Of a stretch of DNA of 64,000 bases, positions 8,705-18,309 are shown one piece after another. How positions within the stretch are numbered: the first letter of the stretch is position 1; each line of letters opens with the position of its first letter. This stretch comes from Alphaproteobacteria bacterium (GTDB lineage: Bacteria > Pseudomonadota > Alphaproteobacteria > Micavibrionales > UBA2020), in NCBI GenBank assembly GCA_025934695.1, contig JAICWS010000004.1, forward strand, positions 26,666-90,665. Reading direction: 5' to 3'. Under the pieces are notes generated by a model, which was not told the origin of the DNA, made no database searches, and saw nothing but the letters and a program-made list of their open reading frames with translations. The position numbers and the translations under genes are program-made.

Positions 8705-10951
8705 GTGTCGCTTATAATGTGTGCCTGGTTCTCGAATATGTTCAATAAAGACGCGCAAGTCCCGCCGCCGGCGGCATCGGCGCCGCATGTCGATGAAATT
8801 CCAGCGACTTATCATCCGCTGAAGGGCAGCTTCTTCCGCACGCAGGAATATCCGCAAGTCGACGCGAATAACCAGGCCACCGGCAAATGCTGGCTGGAAG
8901 CGGGCGTGGACCCGAAGACCGGCACCTGGGTGCTCTGGCAAAAAGACATCCGCACGACCGACGATCCGCTGACCGACAAAAAGGCCACGATCATGAGCTC
9001 GCGGATCCTGGCTGAAAAAAGCACCTTCGTGAATTGCTATGACCAGATGGTGACTTTCGAACAGTCGCAGCAGTCACTCGGCATGCAGCCGCTGCCAAAT
9101 AAATCTCCCGGCAAGATGGGCGGCGATTATTTCCGCCAGTTCGCCTGGCGCGAAGGGCTGATGAACAGCCGCTCGGGCCGCCTTTATCCGGTCCAGGGCG
9201 ACGATGTCAACATCAACACCAATAACTTTTTCGACGCGGCGGACATCGAGGCGCGCAAGGAATATCTCGAGCGCCTGCGCGCCGAGCAATATGTTCCGGT
9301 CGCCATCACGCTCCCCCAGACCGACTGGAAAAAAGCCTATGAAGCCAACAAGACGCAGGTCGACACGCGCCTGAATGGCCTCATCCACAAATTCGGCGAC
9401 AATAAGGAGAGCTTCGATCTCGCGCTGCAGGTCATCGGCCAAGAAACGCCCGAAGTGATCTATGCCTTCCTCCAGCGAGGCTTCAACCCGAAGATTTTCG
9501 AAGCCGAGCCCGACAAGCACTTCGCAATCGTGAAGGCGGCCATCGACCGCCAGGGCATCGACCCGCTCAACCTGATCTCGGAAGCCGGCATGAGCTTTCA
9601 GGTCTGCAGCCAGGGGCAGACGCCGCTGGAAGTGGCCTTGCAGGAACATCATTACTCGCACCTGCACGTCATGCTGTCGCGGGACGGCGCGCAGCTGGTG
9701 AAATTCGCCGACGAAACCGGCGTCATGCCGGCGGTCGCCGCGATGATGCTGCAGGACAACCAGGCCTTCCGCATGATGTATCTCGAGGGCATCGATTTCG
9801 ACGCCGCGGACAAGGCTGGCTGGTACGTCATCCACCATGCCGTTGCGCAGAACTTCATGCAGGGCATTTACGCCTGGCTGGACGAAGGATTGTCGGTCGA
9901 TGCTTCGGTAAAGGGCACGGAGTACACGCCCTTGTCGATCGCGAAGCACCAGCATAACCAGGCGATCGCCGACTTCCTGCTCAAGCACGGCGCCAATCCG
10001 AATGCGCCCGAGATCGCGGATGCGGCCGCAGTGGCTGCCCAGACATCGAAGGACGCGGTGGCGGCAGCTCCGGTTGCCGATTACAACATCGCGATGCTCA
10101 ACAGCGGCGCGACCAATGACGAGATACTGGCTTCCGCCAAGGCCTTTGTCGCCGCGGGCGGCAACCTGAACCAGGTGGACGCCAAAGGCAAATCGCTGTT
10201 CGAAATCTGCTGGACCAACCAGAAGCCGAAGGCCGACCTCAACCGCCGCCTGCTGATGCCCGAACTCGCCGGTCTCGGCGCGGATCCGGGCGCGCAGCTG
10301 CCCGACGGCTCGACGGCGCTGAACCGCGCGGTCGGCGGCGCGTCGCTTGACCTCGAATATGTCCGCGCCCTCGCGCCACTGACGGCGAACGCCAATGCGG
10401 CCGACGCCAAGGGCAATACCGTCCTCCACGCCATTCAGCTCAACAACAGCGAACAGGTGGGCCTCTCCGCGCAGGTGGACGCGCTTTTGAAATTATTTCC
10501 GACGCTCGACGTCAACGCGCAGAACAAGCAGGGCTTAAGTCCGCTCGGCCTCGCGATCCGTCTCGATCGTTCCCAGACCCTTAAACTGTTCCAGGCCGGC
10601 GAGCAGCAGCCCGACTGGACGCAATCGACCCAGGCCGGCTGGTCGTATCTCGACCTCGCCTTCACCAAGGCCTGCGCGAAAGAAAGAATTCCGGGCTGCC
10701 CCAAGGCGGACCGCGTTATGGCGGCCACCGACAAGACGCGCGGCCTCGTGCTCGACATGCTCGACCAGGCGCCGCCGGACCAGGGAGCGAACCTGAATGC
10801 GGTCATCAACCGTCCGCGGCCCGACGGCCAGACGCTGATCGACGCGATGACGTCGGAATCGGCGCCCGCGGACTCGATCGACCGGCTCAAGAAATTCAAC
10901 GTGCTCAAAGGGCCCGTTGCGAAACCAAAACTGACGATCTCACCACCTTAG
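8705..10951 (+). CDS. Large ankyrin-repeat protein with an unknown N-terminal domain
   Basis: Degenerate ankyrin repeats (GQTPLEVAL, GWYVIHHAV, YTPLSIA..IADFLLKHGANPN, GNTVLHA, GLSPLGLA). The start may be ATG 8717. Confidence 0.8.
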   Translation: MSLIMCAWFSNMFNKDAQVPPPAASAPHVDEIPATYHPLKGSFFRTQEYPQVDANNQATGKCWLEAGVDPKTGTWVLWQKDIRTTDDPLTDKKATIMSSRILAEKSTFVNCYDQMVTFEQSQQSLGMQPLPNKSPGKMGGDYFRQFAWREGLMNSRSGRLYPVQGDDVNINTNNFFDAADIEARKEYLERLRAEQYVPVAITLPQTDWKKAYEANKTQVDTRLNGLIHKFGDNKESFDLALQVIGQETPEVIYAFLQRGFNPKIFEAEPDKHFAIVKAAIDRQGIDPLNLISEAGMSFQVCSQGQTPLEVALQEHHYSHLHVMLSRDGAQLVKFADETGVMPAVAAMMLQDNQAFRMMYLEGIDFDAADKAGWYVIHHAVAQNFMQGIYAWLDEGLSVDASVKGTEYTPLSIAKHQHNQAIADFLLKHGANPNAPEIADAAAVAAQTSKDAVAAAPVADYNIAMLNSGATNDEILASAKAFVAAGGNLNQVDAKGKSLFEICWTNQKPKADLNRRLLMPELAGLGADPGAQLPDGSTALNRAVGGASLDLEYVRALAPLTANANAADAKGNTVLHAIQLNNSEQVGLSAQVDALLKLFPTLDVNAQNKQGLSPLGLAIRLDRSQTLKLFQAGEQQPDWTQSTQAGWSYLDLAFTKACAKERIPGCPKADRVMAATDKTRGLVLDMLDQAPPDQGANLNAVINRPRPDGQTLIDAMTSESAPADSIDRLKKFNVLKGPVAKPKLTISPP

Positions 10952-11013
10952 ATTGCACTTCGAACTATAGTTTAACCCTTTAACATTATAACAACGGTAA
11001 TAGGAGAATACAG

Positions 11014-12318
11014 ATGGCAGACCAACCCCAACCCGAAAAGCCCACCCTTACGGATGCGGCGAATTCCAGCTTCCAGATTACGGTCGGCACTCCCGCGAAC
11101 GGCAATACGGCGCTGACGCCCGCCGCCCCCACTAACGTGACGACCGCCGATGCTTCCGCAGGCGGCCTCAGCTACAAGACGGCCACCCCGGAAGAAAGGG
11201 CGAAAATCGACCAGATCATCGCCAGCATCGACCTGACGAAATCCGACAGCATCATCGCGCTCGGCGCACAGGAACGCGAAAAGCTTGCGACCCTGGCCGA
11301 CCAGGTCCTCGACAGCGTGCAGCCCAACGCGAAACTCGCGTTCGTGGAAGCGCTGAAAGAACTGATCGACTGCGTCAAGGCGAACTCGCTCGACGAGATC
11401 AAGAAGCGCATCCAGAGCGGCGGCATGAAAAACGCCCTGCACAAACTCGGCCAGGCGCTCCCCTTCGGTCACCACGATCCGCTCGCCGATTCGAAAGAGA
11501 TGATCGAGAAGTTCATGACCGACATCACCAACTCGCGCAAGGTCATCCATGAAATGACCGACAAGCTGATGGTGCAGAAGGACGAACTCGACAAAAACTT
11601 CGCGCGCATCAATGCTCTTGGCTACAACATCACCGAAGCAGCCCAGGACATGCGCATCGTCCGCGCCGCCTCAGCCGAGTTCATCGACCGTGTCAACGAC
11701 GGCCGTGTCACGACGCTGGCGGACCTGCAGAAGGCCGCCAACGCGACCGGCCGCAGCGACGATATGCAGAAGTACCAGGAAGCGCAAGCGAACTGGAACA
11801 ACCTGCGCGTCGTCGACGGCGACCTGCTCGGTTCCATCAACGTCTACGACATGAACGTCGCCAACCTGGCATTCACGAAGCAGGCGAACCTGCAGAACCG
11901 CATCCAGACGGCGACCACCCTGACCACCACAATCGCCGAGTGGAAGACGCAGCTCGCCATCTTCGCCGTCGTTGCGACCGAAAATACGGCCGCGGCGCTG
12001 CTGAACACCGCAGCTGACCTGACGTCGAAATCCGTCGCGCAGAACAAAGACCTGTTCGACACGCTCGTCGACATGGAAATCGGCCGCAGCGCGAAGGGCA
12101 CCTTCAACCTGCGTCAGATTATCGACACGCAAAGCGCGATGGCGGCCAAGCTCGAAGGCGTCGGCGAAAAGGTCGAAGCGCAGTTCGATCAGCTCGCGAA
12201 AGACAAGGTCGCGCTCGAACAGAGCTCGGCGGACTTCCGCAAGCGCGTCACGAACGTCTACAGCAAGGGCGCCGTCCTCGGCACGGCCACGCCCGCTCCC
12301 AAAGGACCCGGCGCTTAA
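11014..12318 (+). CDS. Toxic anion resistance protein (TelA/KlaB family)
   Basis: SIIALGAQEREKLATLADQVL N-terminal motif, coiled coils, TTIAEWKTQLAI (TelA TTIPxWKxQ-like); AGGAGA RBS. Confidence 0.75.
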   Translation: MADQPQPEKPTLTDAANSSFQITVGTPANGNTALTPAAPTNVTTADASAGGLSYKTATPEERAKIDQIIASIDLTKSDSIIALGAQEREKLATLADQVLDSVQPNAKLAFVEALKELIDCVKANSLDEIKKRIQSGGMKNALHKLGQALPFGHHDPLADSKEMIEKFMTDITNSRKVIHEMTDKLMVQKDELDKNFARINALGYNITEAAQDMRIVRAASAEFIDRVNDGRVTTLADLQKAANATGRSDDMQKYQEAQANWNNLRVVDGDLLGSINVYDMNVANLAFTKQANLQNRIQTATTLTTTIAEWKTQLAIFAVVATENTAAALLNTAADLTSKSVAQNKDLFDTLVDMEIGRSAKGTFNLRQIIDTQSAMAAKLEGVGEKVEAQFDQLAKDKVALEQSSADFRKRVTNVYSKGAVLGTATPAPKGPGA

Positions 12319-12345
12319 AGCCAGGCCCAGGAGGCACAGAAGAAG

Positions 12346-12380
12346 GCAGGCTGGTTCGCTCCAGCCTGCTTTTCTTTTTT
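12346..12380 (+). terminator. Intrinsic terminator after telA-like gene
   Basis: Stem GCAGGCTGG / CCAGCCTGC followed by a long T tract. Confidence 0.8.
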
Positions 12381-12385
12381 GGCAC

Positions 12386-12415
12386 AGTGCCACCCCGGCC
12401 TTCGCCGGGGTGGCA
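12386..12415. repeat. REP-like GC hairpin, family C, copy 1
   Basis: TGCCACCCCGGC-cttc-GCCGGGGTGGCA; near-identical copy at 33386-33410. Confidence 0.6.
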
Positions 12416-12443
12416 AGGGTTGTGAGATCGCTCAAGAACGGGA

Positions 12444-13994
12444 TTATTTTCTGCGCTTTTTCAGGCTGTCGACGGTCATCAGCACGACCGACTGCGACGG
12501 CGTCATGCGTTCGGCTTCCTCGAACAGCTGGTGGCAAATGTCTTCGTAGGAATAGCCCAGCACATTCTGGTGATGCAGCAGGTAGTCGACATAGCGGATT
12601 GCGCGGTCGATCAGTTTTTTGTTGCTGGGCTTGACCCAGGTCATGACGTTGCTTTCAAAGCGGCCGTGGCGGCCCATGACGAGCGTCGAATGCATGTTGA
12701 GCGCGGTTTTTAGGAACAGGTGCTCGAACAGCGGGTGCAGCCCGCGCACGTTCACCGCATGGCGCAGCTTGCCGAGATTAAAGACCATCTCGTCGCCCTG
12801 ACGCGTAATGCTGAAAATGTGGAGCTTCTTCGGCGCGACGAGCGCTTCGCGCTGGGCCAGGGCCTGCGCGGAAAAGTCGAAGCCCAGCAGCCGTTCGCGG
12901 CCGGCCACGGCTTTCAGATTGTCCCACTCGATCGCGAAGGGCTCGCGCAGCAAGATGGTCATCCAGGCTTCGTGCGGCGTCGCGGCTTTCGGGAAACGCA
13001 AATACGATAAGGACGGCACGCGGGCCGGATCGTTCTGGTTCTCGAAGGCGCGGAGCGAAAAAGTGGGCGAACGCTCGGTCGTATCGGTCAGGATGGTAAT
13101 GCCATATTCGTCGGTTTCGTAGAGGACGAAGTCGCCGTTGGCGTAATGACGCGACTCTTCCTCGATAAAGGGCGCCAAAAACGAAAAATCCGCCGCGCGC
13201 AGGAATTTTTGCAGATCGGCGATGTCGGGGGCGGCGACGCCCGTACTGGCGGCGCGCAAGAGCGCGGAACCCGCGCCGAGCATCAGCGCGGTGCTGGATT
13301 GCAGGCGCGTCGAGCCCGACAGCGACATGGGGCCGACGAAGAGGCAGATCTTTTCGATCTTCTTGTTCTCGAGGACGCGGCGCGATCGTTCGACCTGCTC
13401 GTGCAGCACGTGGTCGGGATTGGAATAGAGGAACCAGGGTTTGCGCGACGAAACCTTTGTCGCCTCTTCGGTAGCACCGATGACGGAAGGCGTTTCGCCG
13501 CCCTCGGTGCAACTGACCAGCAGGTCATGCGGGCCGAAGCCGATCTCGCGCAACTGCCGCGCGCCCCATTCGGGATGATCCTCGAAGTTTTCGATGGAAT
13601 GGACGAGGGCGAGATCGCCGCCGCTCATAAATCCTAAGACCCGGTCGGCCTCGGGCCGGCCGCGGTGCATGTGACGCCAGACATATTCGATCGACATCGA
13701 CAGACGGCCCGTCGCGCCGCAGCCGTAAAACAACACGCGGTTCCCGCCCTTGAACGTGTCGCGGATGGCCTCTTCGAGGCGCTTGAGCTCGCCCGCTTTC
13801 GCCGCGACGTCCGCAACCACGCCGACGTCGATGTCCTTGAGGATGGACAGGGCGGCGGGAATGTCGTTCCGCGACAACTCCGCCAGCTCGTAGGTGAGGG
13901 GATGGCGCTGTTCCGTCGGCAGGTTGCCGAGCTGGAAGTCGCCTGCCACCTTCAGGAATTCTTCGGCTTTCCGTCGCGCTTCGGATATCGTCAT
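12444..13994 (-). CDS. Double-SIS-domain MurQ / glucokinase-regulator-like sugar-phosphate etherase
   Basis: LPTEQRHP, GCGATGRL, SIENFED, TEGGETP, GSTRLQ, DTTERSPTF and NKKLIDRA resemble MurQ motifs; at 516 aa it is much longer than MurQ. Confidence 0.7.
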   Translation of the reverse strand: MTISEARRKAEEFLKVAGDFQLGNLPTEQRHPLTYELAELSRNDIPAALSILKDIDVGVVADVAAKAGELKRLEEAIRDTFKGGNRVLFYGCGATGRLSMSIEYVWRHMHRGRPEADRVLGFMSGGDLALVHSIENFEDHPEWGARQLREIGFGPHDLLVSCTEGGETPSVIGATEEATKVSSRKPWFLYSNPDHVLHEQVERSRRVLENKKIEKICLFVGPMSLSGSTRLQSSTALMLGAGSALLRAASTGVAAPDIADLQKFLRAADFSFLAPFIEEESRHYANGDFVLYETDEYGITILTDTTERSPTFSLRAFENQNDPARVPSLSYLRFPKAATPHEAWMTILLREPFAIEWDNLKAVAGRERLLGFDFSAQALAQREALVAPKKLHIFSITRQGDEMVFNLGKLRHAVNVRGLHPLFEHLFLKTALNMHSTLVMGRHGRFESNVMTWVKPSNKKLIDRAIRYVDYLLHHQNVLGYSYEDICHQLFEEAERMTPSQSVVLMTVDSLKKRRK

Positions 13995-16018
13995 GCGCGC
14001 TTCCGCTTTGTGCCGTCAACGATGCCCGCGCCGCGCAGCATGGCCGCAGGCGTCGCGTCGCGGCCGCGGTATTCGCGGTACAGATCCGAGGGATCGCCGC
14101 CCGCGCCGCGGCGGTACAGCTCCGCGAGACGCTTCGACCAGGTTTTGGCGTAAGGCGCTTTCTCGAACGGCTCGAACCCGTCGTCGGCATGTTCCTGTGC
14201 GATCAGGTAATTGACGTAGCCCGCCGCATAGGTGCTGTGCGCATCGCCGAACAGGTGGTCGAAGCGCGCGAGCGGGTAGGCGCGGATATGGTCGGCATAG
14301 GGGCTTTTCAGCGCGACCGATTTTTCCAGCGCCGCGTCGCCCTGGTATTTTTTCGGGTCGATGGAGTGGAAGGCAATGTCGCGCAGGCTGTTCTGCACCA
14401 GCTTCAGGATGTTCCGCGCCTCGAAATGCGCCTTGGAGCCGACGAGAGCGTCGATCAGTTCGCGCGGCGCGGGCCTGCCGGTATCGACATGGAGCGCATG
14501 GGCCTGCAGGTTTTTCTTCAGCAGCGCCCGGTGTTCGTTGACCGTCGAATGAAATTCCACATAGTCCTTGGGCGCTGCCGTCCCCAGGAGCGACGGGTAT
14601 TTCACGTTCGTGCCCAGGAGCCCATGCAGCGCATGGCCCATTTCATGATAGAAGGTGACATACTGCGAGACGCCGACGAGCGCGGGCTGGCCTTTTGTCG
14701 GCTTGGCGATATTCATGTTGAAGATCACGATGTTTGGTCGGTCTTCCGCCTTCGCCTGGATCTGGCCCATCCAGGCGCCGCCGCCCTTCACGCCGGGCCG
14801 CGCGAAGACATCGATATGCAGGATGCCGACCTCGCGCCCCTCGTTGTCGCGGACGTCGAAGGTCTGGATGTCGGGATGCATGGTGGGGTATTTTGCCGAC
14901 TTGCCAAATTTCAGTCCGAAGACATGGCCGGCCTCCGCGAACAACCCGTTCAGCACGTTGCCGAGCTCCAGATATTTGGAGAAGCCGTTGGCGTCGAAAT
15001 GGTACAGCGCCTGGCGCTGGCGCGTCGCCCAATGGGACACATCCCAGGGTTTCAGTTTCAAAGGACCGCCGTTGCGGGCGGAGAATATTTCCAGCGCGCG
15101 CATGTCGGCGTCGAATTTTTTCAGCGCCGGCGCGCCGACGCCGGACAGGAAGCGGCGAATTTCGCGCAAGTCCGTCTTCATCATGCGCGAGCGCGCGAAA
15201 TCGGCGTAATGTTTATAGCCCACGAGCTGCGCGTATTCGTGGCGCAGCTGTAGCATTTTCTTTATGACCGGCCGGTTGTCGTGCGGCGCTTTCGTGCCCA
15301 GTCCATTGAGCGCGTCGAAGATCTTCTTGCGGAAGGACGCGTTTTCAGCGCGTTCCAAAAGCTCGTCGACGAGCAGGCGTTCGGGCGTCACCAGCCAGCC
15401 TTTTTTTCCGCGCCTGCGGGCGTCGGCGGCGAAACTGTCGACTTGGCCCGGGGAAAGCCCGGCGAGTTCGCGCCGGTCAGTGATTAGGATGGCCTGCTTT
15501 TCGGGCGCGGCACGCATGTTGTCGGTGAACTTTTGCGCCAGCGAAATAAGCTGCTCGTCGATTTTGCGGATTTTCTTTTGGCCCGCCGGCGTCAGTAGGG
15601 CGCCGTTCTGCTCGAACGACTGGTGCAGGTGCTTCAAGATCGCCTTGTCGTCTTCGTCGAGTTTCAGCCGTCCGCGCGCGTCATAAACCTGCCGGAACAG
15701 CCGGCCCAGTTCCTTGTCCTGGAAGACCGTCTTTTTCATGGCGGCGACCCGGATGCTCGCTTTCTCGTCAATCTTGGCCAGTTCCTTCGTGTAGGCGTTC
15801 GCCGTCAGGTTGCCCAAAATCCGCATGATCGCGCCGACCTCCTCGAACAGGCTGTCGAGCGGCACGATGGTATTTTGAAAGCTCGCCGGCGCACGCTTGA
15901 TCCTGGCCACATGCGCCGTCACTTTAGCCAGCGCGGCGTCAAGGGCCGGCAGGAAATGCGCCACGCGGATCTTGCGAAAATCGGGAATGCGGCCGCGGGC
16001 GATCAGGGGGTTTTTCAT
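13991..16018 (-). CDS. M3 family metallopeptidase (oligopeptidase A / Dcp-like)
   Basis: FYHEMGHALHG, GKxGGAW-like motif (GVKGGGAW), DYVEFHS, YAAGY, YREYRGRD. Confidence 0.93.
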   Translation of the reverse strand: MKNPLIARGRIPDFRKIRVAHFLPALDAALAKVTAHVARIKRAPASFQNTIVPLDSLFEEVGAIMRILGNLTANAYTKELAKIDEKASIRVAAMKKTVFQDKELGRLFRQVYDARGRLKLDEDDKAILKHLHQSFEQNGALLTPAGQKKIRKIDEQLISLAQKFTDNMRAAPEKQAILITDRRELAGLSPGQVDSFAADARRRGKKGWLVTPERLLVDELLERAENASFRKKIFDALNGLGTKAPHDNRPVIKKMLQLRHEYAQLVGYKHYADFARSRMMKTDLREIRRFLSGVGAPALKKFDADMRALEIFSARNGGPLKLKPWDVSHWATRQRQALYHFDANGFSKYLELGNVLNGLFAEAGHVFGLKFGKSAKYPTMHPDIQTFDVRDNEGREVGILHIDVFARPGVKGGGAWMGQIQAKAEDRPNIVIFNMNIAKPTKGQPALVGVSQYVTFYHEMGHALHGLLGTNVKYPSLLGTAAPKDYVEFHSTVNEHRALLKKNLQAHALHVDTGRPAPRELIDALVGSKAHFEARNILKLVQNSLRDIAFHSIDPKKYQGDAALEKSVALKSPYADHIRAYPLARFDHLFGDAHSTYAAGYVNYLIAQEHADDGFEPFEKAPYAKTWSKRLAELYRRGAGGDPSDLYREYRGRDATPAAMLRGAGIVDGTKRKRA

Positions 16019-16258
16019 GGTTCAACTCGTTTGCGTCCTGGTTTTTCAAATCGTAGAACGTGCGGCCGGAAAACGCAAATTATAATAAAATCAAAAGCTT
16101 GCGTTTAATTCGTGCGGCGCCCCAAGAACGACCTCCTCCATTAAATTAATTTAATGCCAGCGCGCATGGTTAACGGACTTGTCGCGTAACATATATTATA
16201 ATGAAAACAGGGGAGGCGCCGCGGCAGGGGCGTGCTCAAGGGAAAAGGGTAAGAAGAA

Positions 16259-18295
16259 ATGACAACAACGACAACCCCGGGGGTTTTGCCGTCATACGTG
16301 GTTCCGGCACTCAACAGCGGTACATCCTGGATCCAGATTGATCCAAGCAACGTCAATCCGACCAACATCACCTATACCTACTGGAATGCCACGCCCGTCT
16401 ACGACACGGACCCGTCGGAAAATAGCCAATTCGAGGCCTTTACGCCGACGATGGTCGCGGCGGTCGAAGCCTGCCACACCTACCTTAGCAATATCGCCAA
16501 TGTCACTTTTAGCCAAGTGACGGATCCGGGACGGTCCGATGAGGCCGGGCAGGCGGCGATACAGGTCGGCTATGGCATGGCGAACATCGACCCGAGCGCC
16601 GAGGCCTATACCTATTATCCCGACCCAACCGATCCAAATGTCGGCGAAGGCGGCGACGTCTGGGCGAACGTAGTCTATTTCAACGAAAACGCCCAAGGCG
16701 TATCCGACGGAACCGCGCACGTCGTGCCTGACGATTACGACTGGATGACGCTGTGGCACGAAACCGGCCATGCGCTGGGCCTCAAGCACCCGTTCAACGA
16801 CGGCTCGGGCGATCCGCCGTTTTTCCTGCCGCGCTCCGTCAATAGCGACCAGTATTCGATCATGTCCTATACGCATTCGACGCATTACGAGTACAAGGAC
16901 CTGTCGGGCCACATCCATGACGTCTATCCCGAAACCTATATGCCGGACGATATCGCGGCGATCCAGGCGATCTACGGCGCCAACACCACCTACAATACGG
17001 GCGACGATACGTACGACCTCTCGCAGTACGCCGACCATGTCGAGACGATCTGGGACGCGGGCGGCAATGACACGCTGGACGGCTCGGGCCTCACGACGAA
17101 CGAAACCATCAACCTGACGCCGGGCGGCTACAGCACGATCAACAACGACGATCATCTCACGCAGCTGACCGAAATCAGCCAGAACTTCGCCATCGCCTAT
17201 GGTGCGGTGATCGAGAACGTCACCACCGGCTCGGGCAACGACACCGTCTACGACAACAGCGCGGACAATAACATTCAGACCGGCGCGGGCAACGACACCA
17301 TTTGGCTGAGCACCGGGAACGACACGGTCGGCGCGGGCGACGATAACGACATCATTCATGCCGGCGCCGGCAACGAGAGCATCGACGGCGGCAACGGCAC
17401 CGATACCGTGTTCTTCGCCGGCGCCTCGACGGGCTACGTGGGCGATGGAAGCGGGCAGAACCTGATGGACACCAGCGGCCATACCTATACGCTGCTGAAC
17501 GACGAAACCTTGAAGTTCACGGACGGCACCTTCAACGGTGCGACCGCGCTCGCAGACCAGACGCTGACCGGCGGCGTCCTGGCAGATAAACTCTACGGCG
17601 GTTTGGGCAACGATGTCATTTCCGGCGGCGCCGGCAACGACACGCTCTACGGCTATTCCGGCGACGACACGCTCGACGGCGGCCCGGGCAGCGATGTCAT
17701 GTATGGCGGCGCGGGCAACGACACCTATTTCGTCGATAGCACCAGCGACCATTGCATCGATATTTCCGGCGTCAATGGCGGCATCGACACGGTCATTTCC
17801 TCGGTTACCTATACGCTCGGGGCATATCTCGAGAATCTGACGCTGACGGGATCGGCCAACATCAACGGCACCGGCAATTCGCTGAACAACGTCATCATCG
17901 GCAACAGCGGCAACAACCTCCTCAACGGCTCCAGCGGCAATGACACGCTCGACGCCGGTACGGGGCTGGACACGCTGACCGGCGGGACGGGGGCGGATAC
18001 CTTCCACTTCCAGGCCGGACAGGCAGGCGTGGACAGTGTCAAGGACTTCCACCTCACCCAGGGCGACGTCATCGACATCAGCAACGTGCTGACGAACGAT
18101 GGTTACGCCGGCGGTTCGCTGGCGAATTGGGTGGAATTCACCGTGGGCGCGACGAGCACGACGACGGTCATGAGCATCGACGCGACCGGCACCGGCACCG
18201 CCTTCGCGGCCGTCGCGACGCTGACCGGCGTCACGGCCGCGACGCTGCCCAGCGCGGATGTCCTCGAGAATACCTATCACCAGCTTATCGCGTAG
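16259..18295 (+). CDS. Serralysin-like M10B metalloprotease with RTX Ca-binding repeats (type I secretion substrate)
   Basis: HETGHALGLKHP, SIMSY Met-turn, DDIAAIQAIYGAN, TIWDAGGNDT, many GGxGxD nonapeptides, C-terminal T1SS-target-like domain. Confidence 0.95.
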   Translation: MTTTTTPGVLPSYVVPALNSGTSWIQIDPSNVNPTNITYTYWNATPVYDTDPSENSQFEAFTPTMVAAVEACHTYLSNIANVTFSQVTDPGRSDEAGQAAIQVGYGMANIDPSAEAYTYYPDPTDPNVGEGGDVWANVVYFNENAQGVSDGTAHVVPDDYDWMTLWHETGHALGLKHPFNDGSGDPPFFLPRSVNSDQYSIMSYTHSTHYEYKDLSGHIHDVYPETYMPDDIAAIQAIYGANTTYNTGDDTYDLSQYADHVETIWDAGGNDTLDGSGLTTNETINLTPGGYSTINNDDHLTQLTEISQNFAIAYGAVIENVTTGSGNDTVYDNSADNNIQTGAGNDTIWLSTGNDTVGAGDDNDIIHAGAGNESIDGGNGTDTVFFAGASTGYVGDGSGQNLMDTSGHTYTLLNDETLKFTDGTFNGATALADQTLTGGVLADKLYGGLGNDVISGGAGNDTLYGYSGDDTLDGGPGSDVMYGGAGNDTYFVDSTSDHCIDISGVNGGIDTVISSVTYTLGAYLENLTLTGSANINGTGNSLNNVIIGNSGNNLLNGSSGNDTLDAGTGLDTLTGGTGADTFHFQAGQAGVDSVKDFHLTQGDVIDISNVLTNDGYAGGSLANWVEFTVGATSTTTVMSIDATGTGTAFAAVATLTGVTAATLPSADVLENTYHQLIA

Positions 18296-18309
18296 GAAAG
18301 CAGCTGCAA

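Noticed and set aside
16141-16154. TTAA-N6-TTAA and TTAA-N4-TTAAC motifs (16141, 10972) as CtrA boxes
   Set aside because: Spacing departs from N7 and the context is AT-rich, so they are not called.
17220-18010. DNA-level tandem repeats (GGCAACGAC..)
   Set aside because: Fully explained by RTX nonapeptide coding.
16292-18280. Long antisense ORFs (for example 16292-18280, 3492-4943, 41312-42880, 31482-32894, 50107-51597)
   Set aside because: They mirror genes with clear motifs, carry no motifs themselves, and are expected from high GC3 codon bias.
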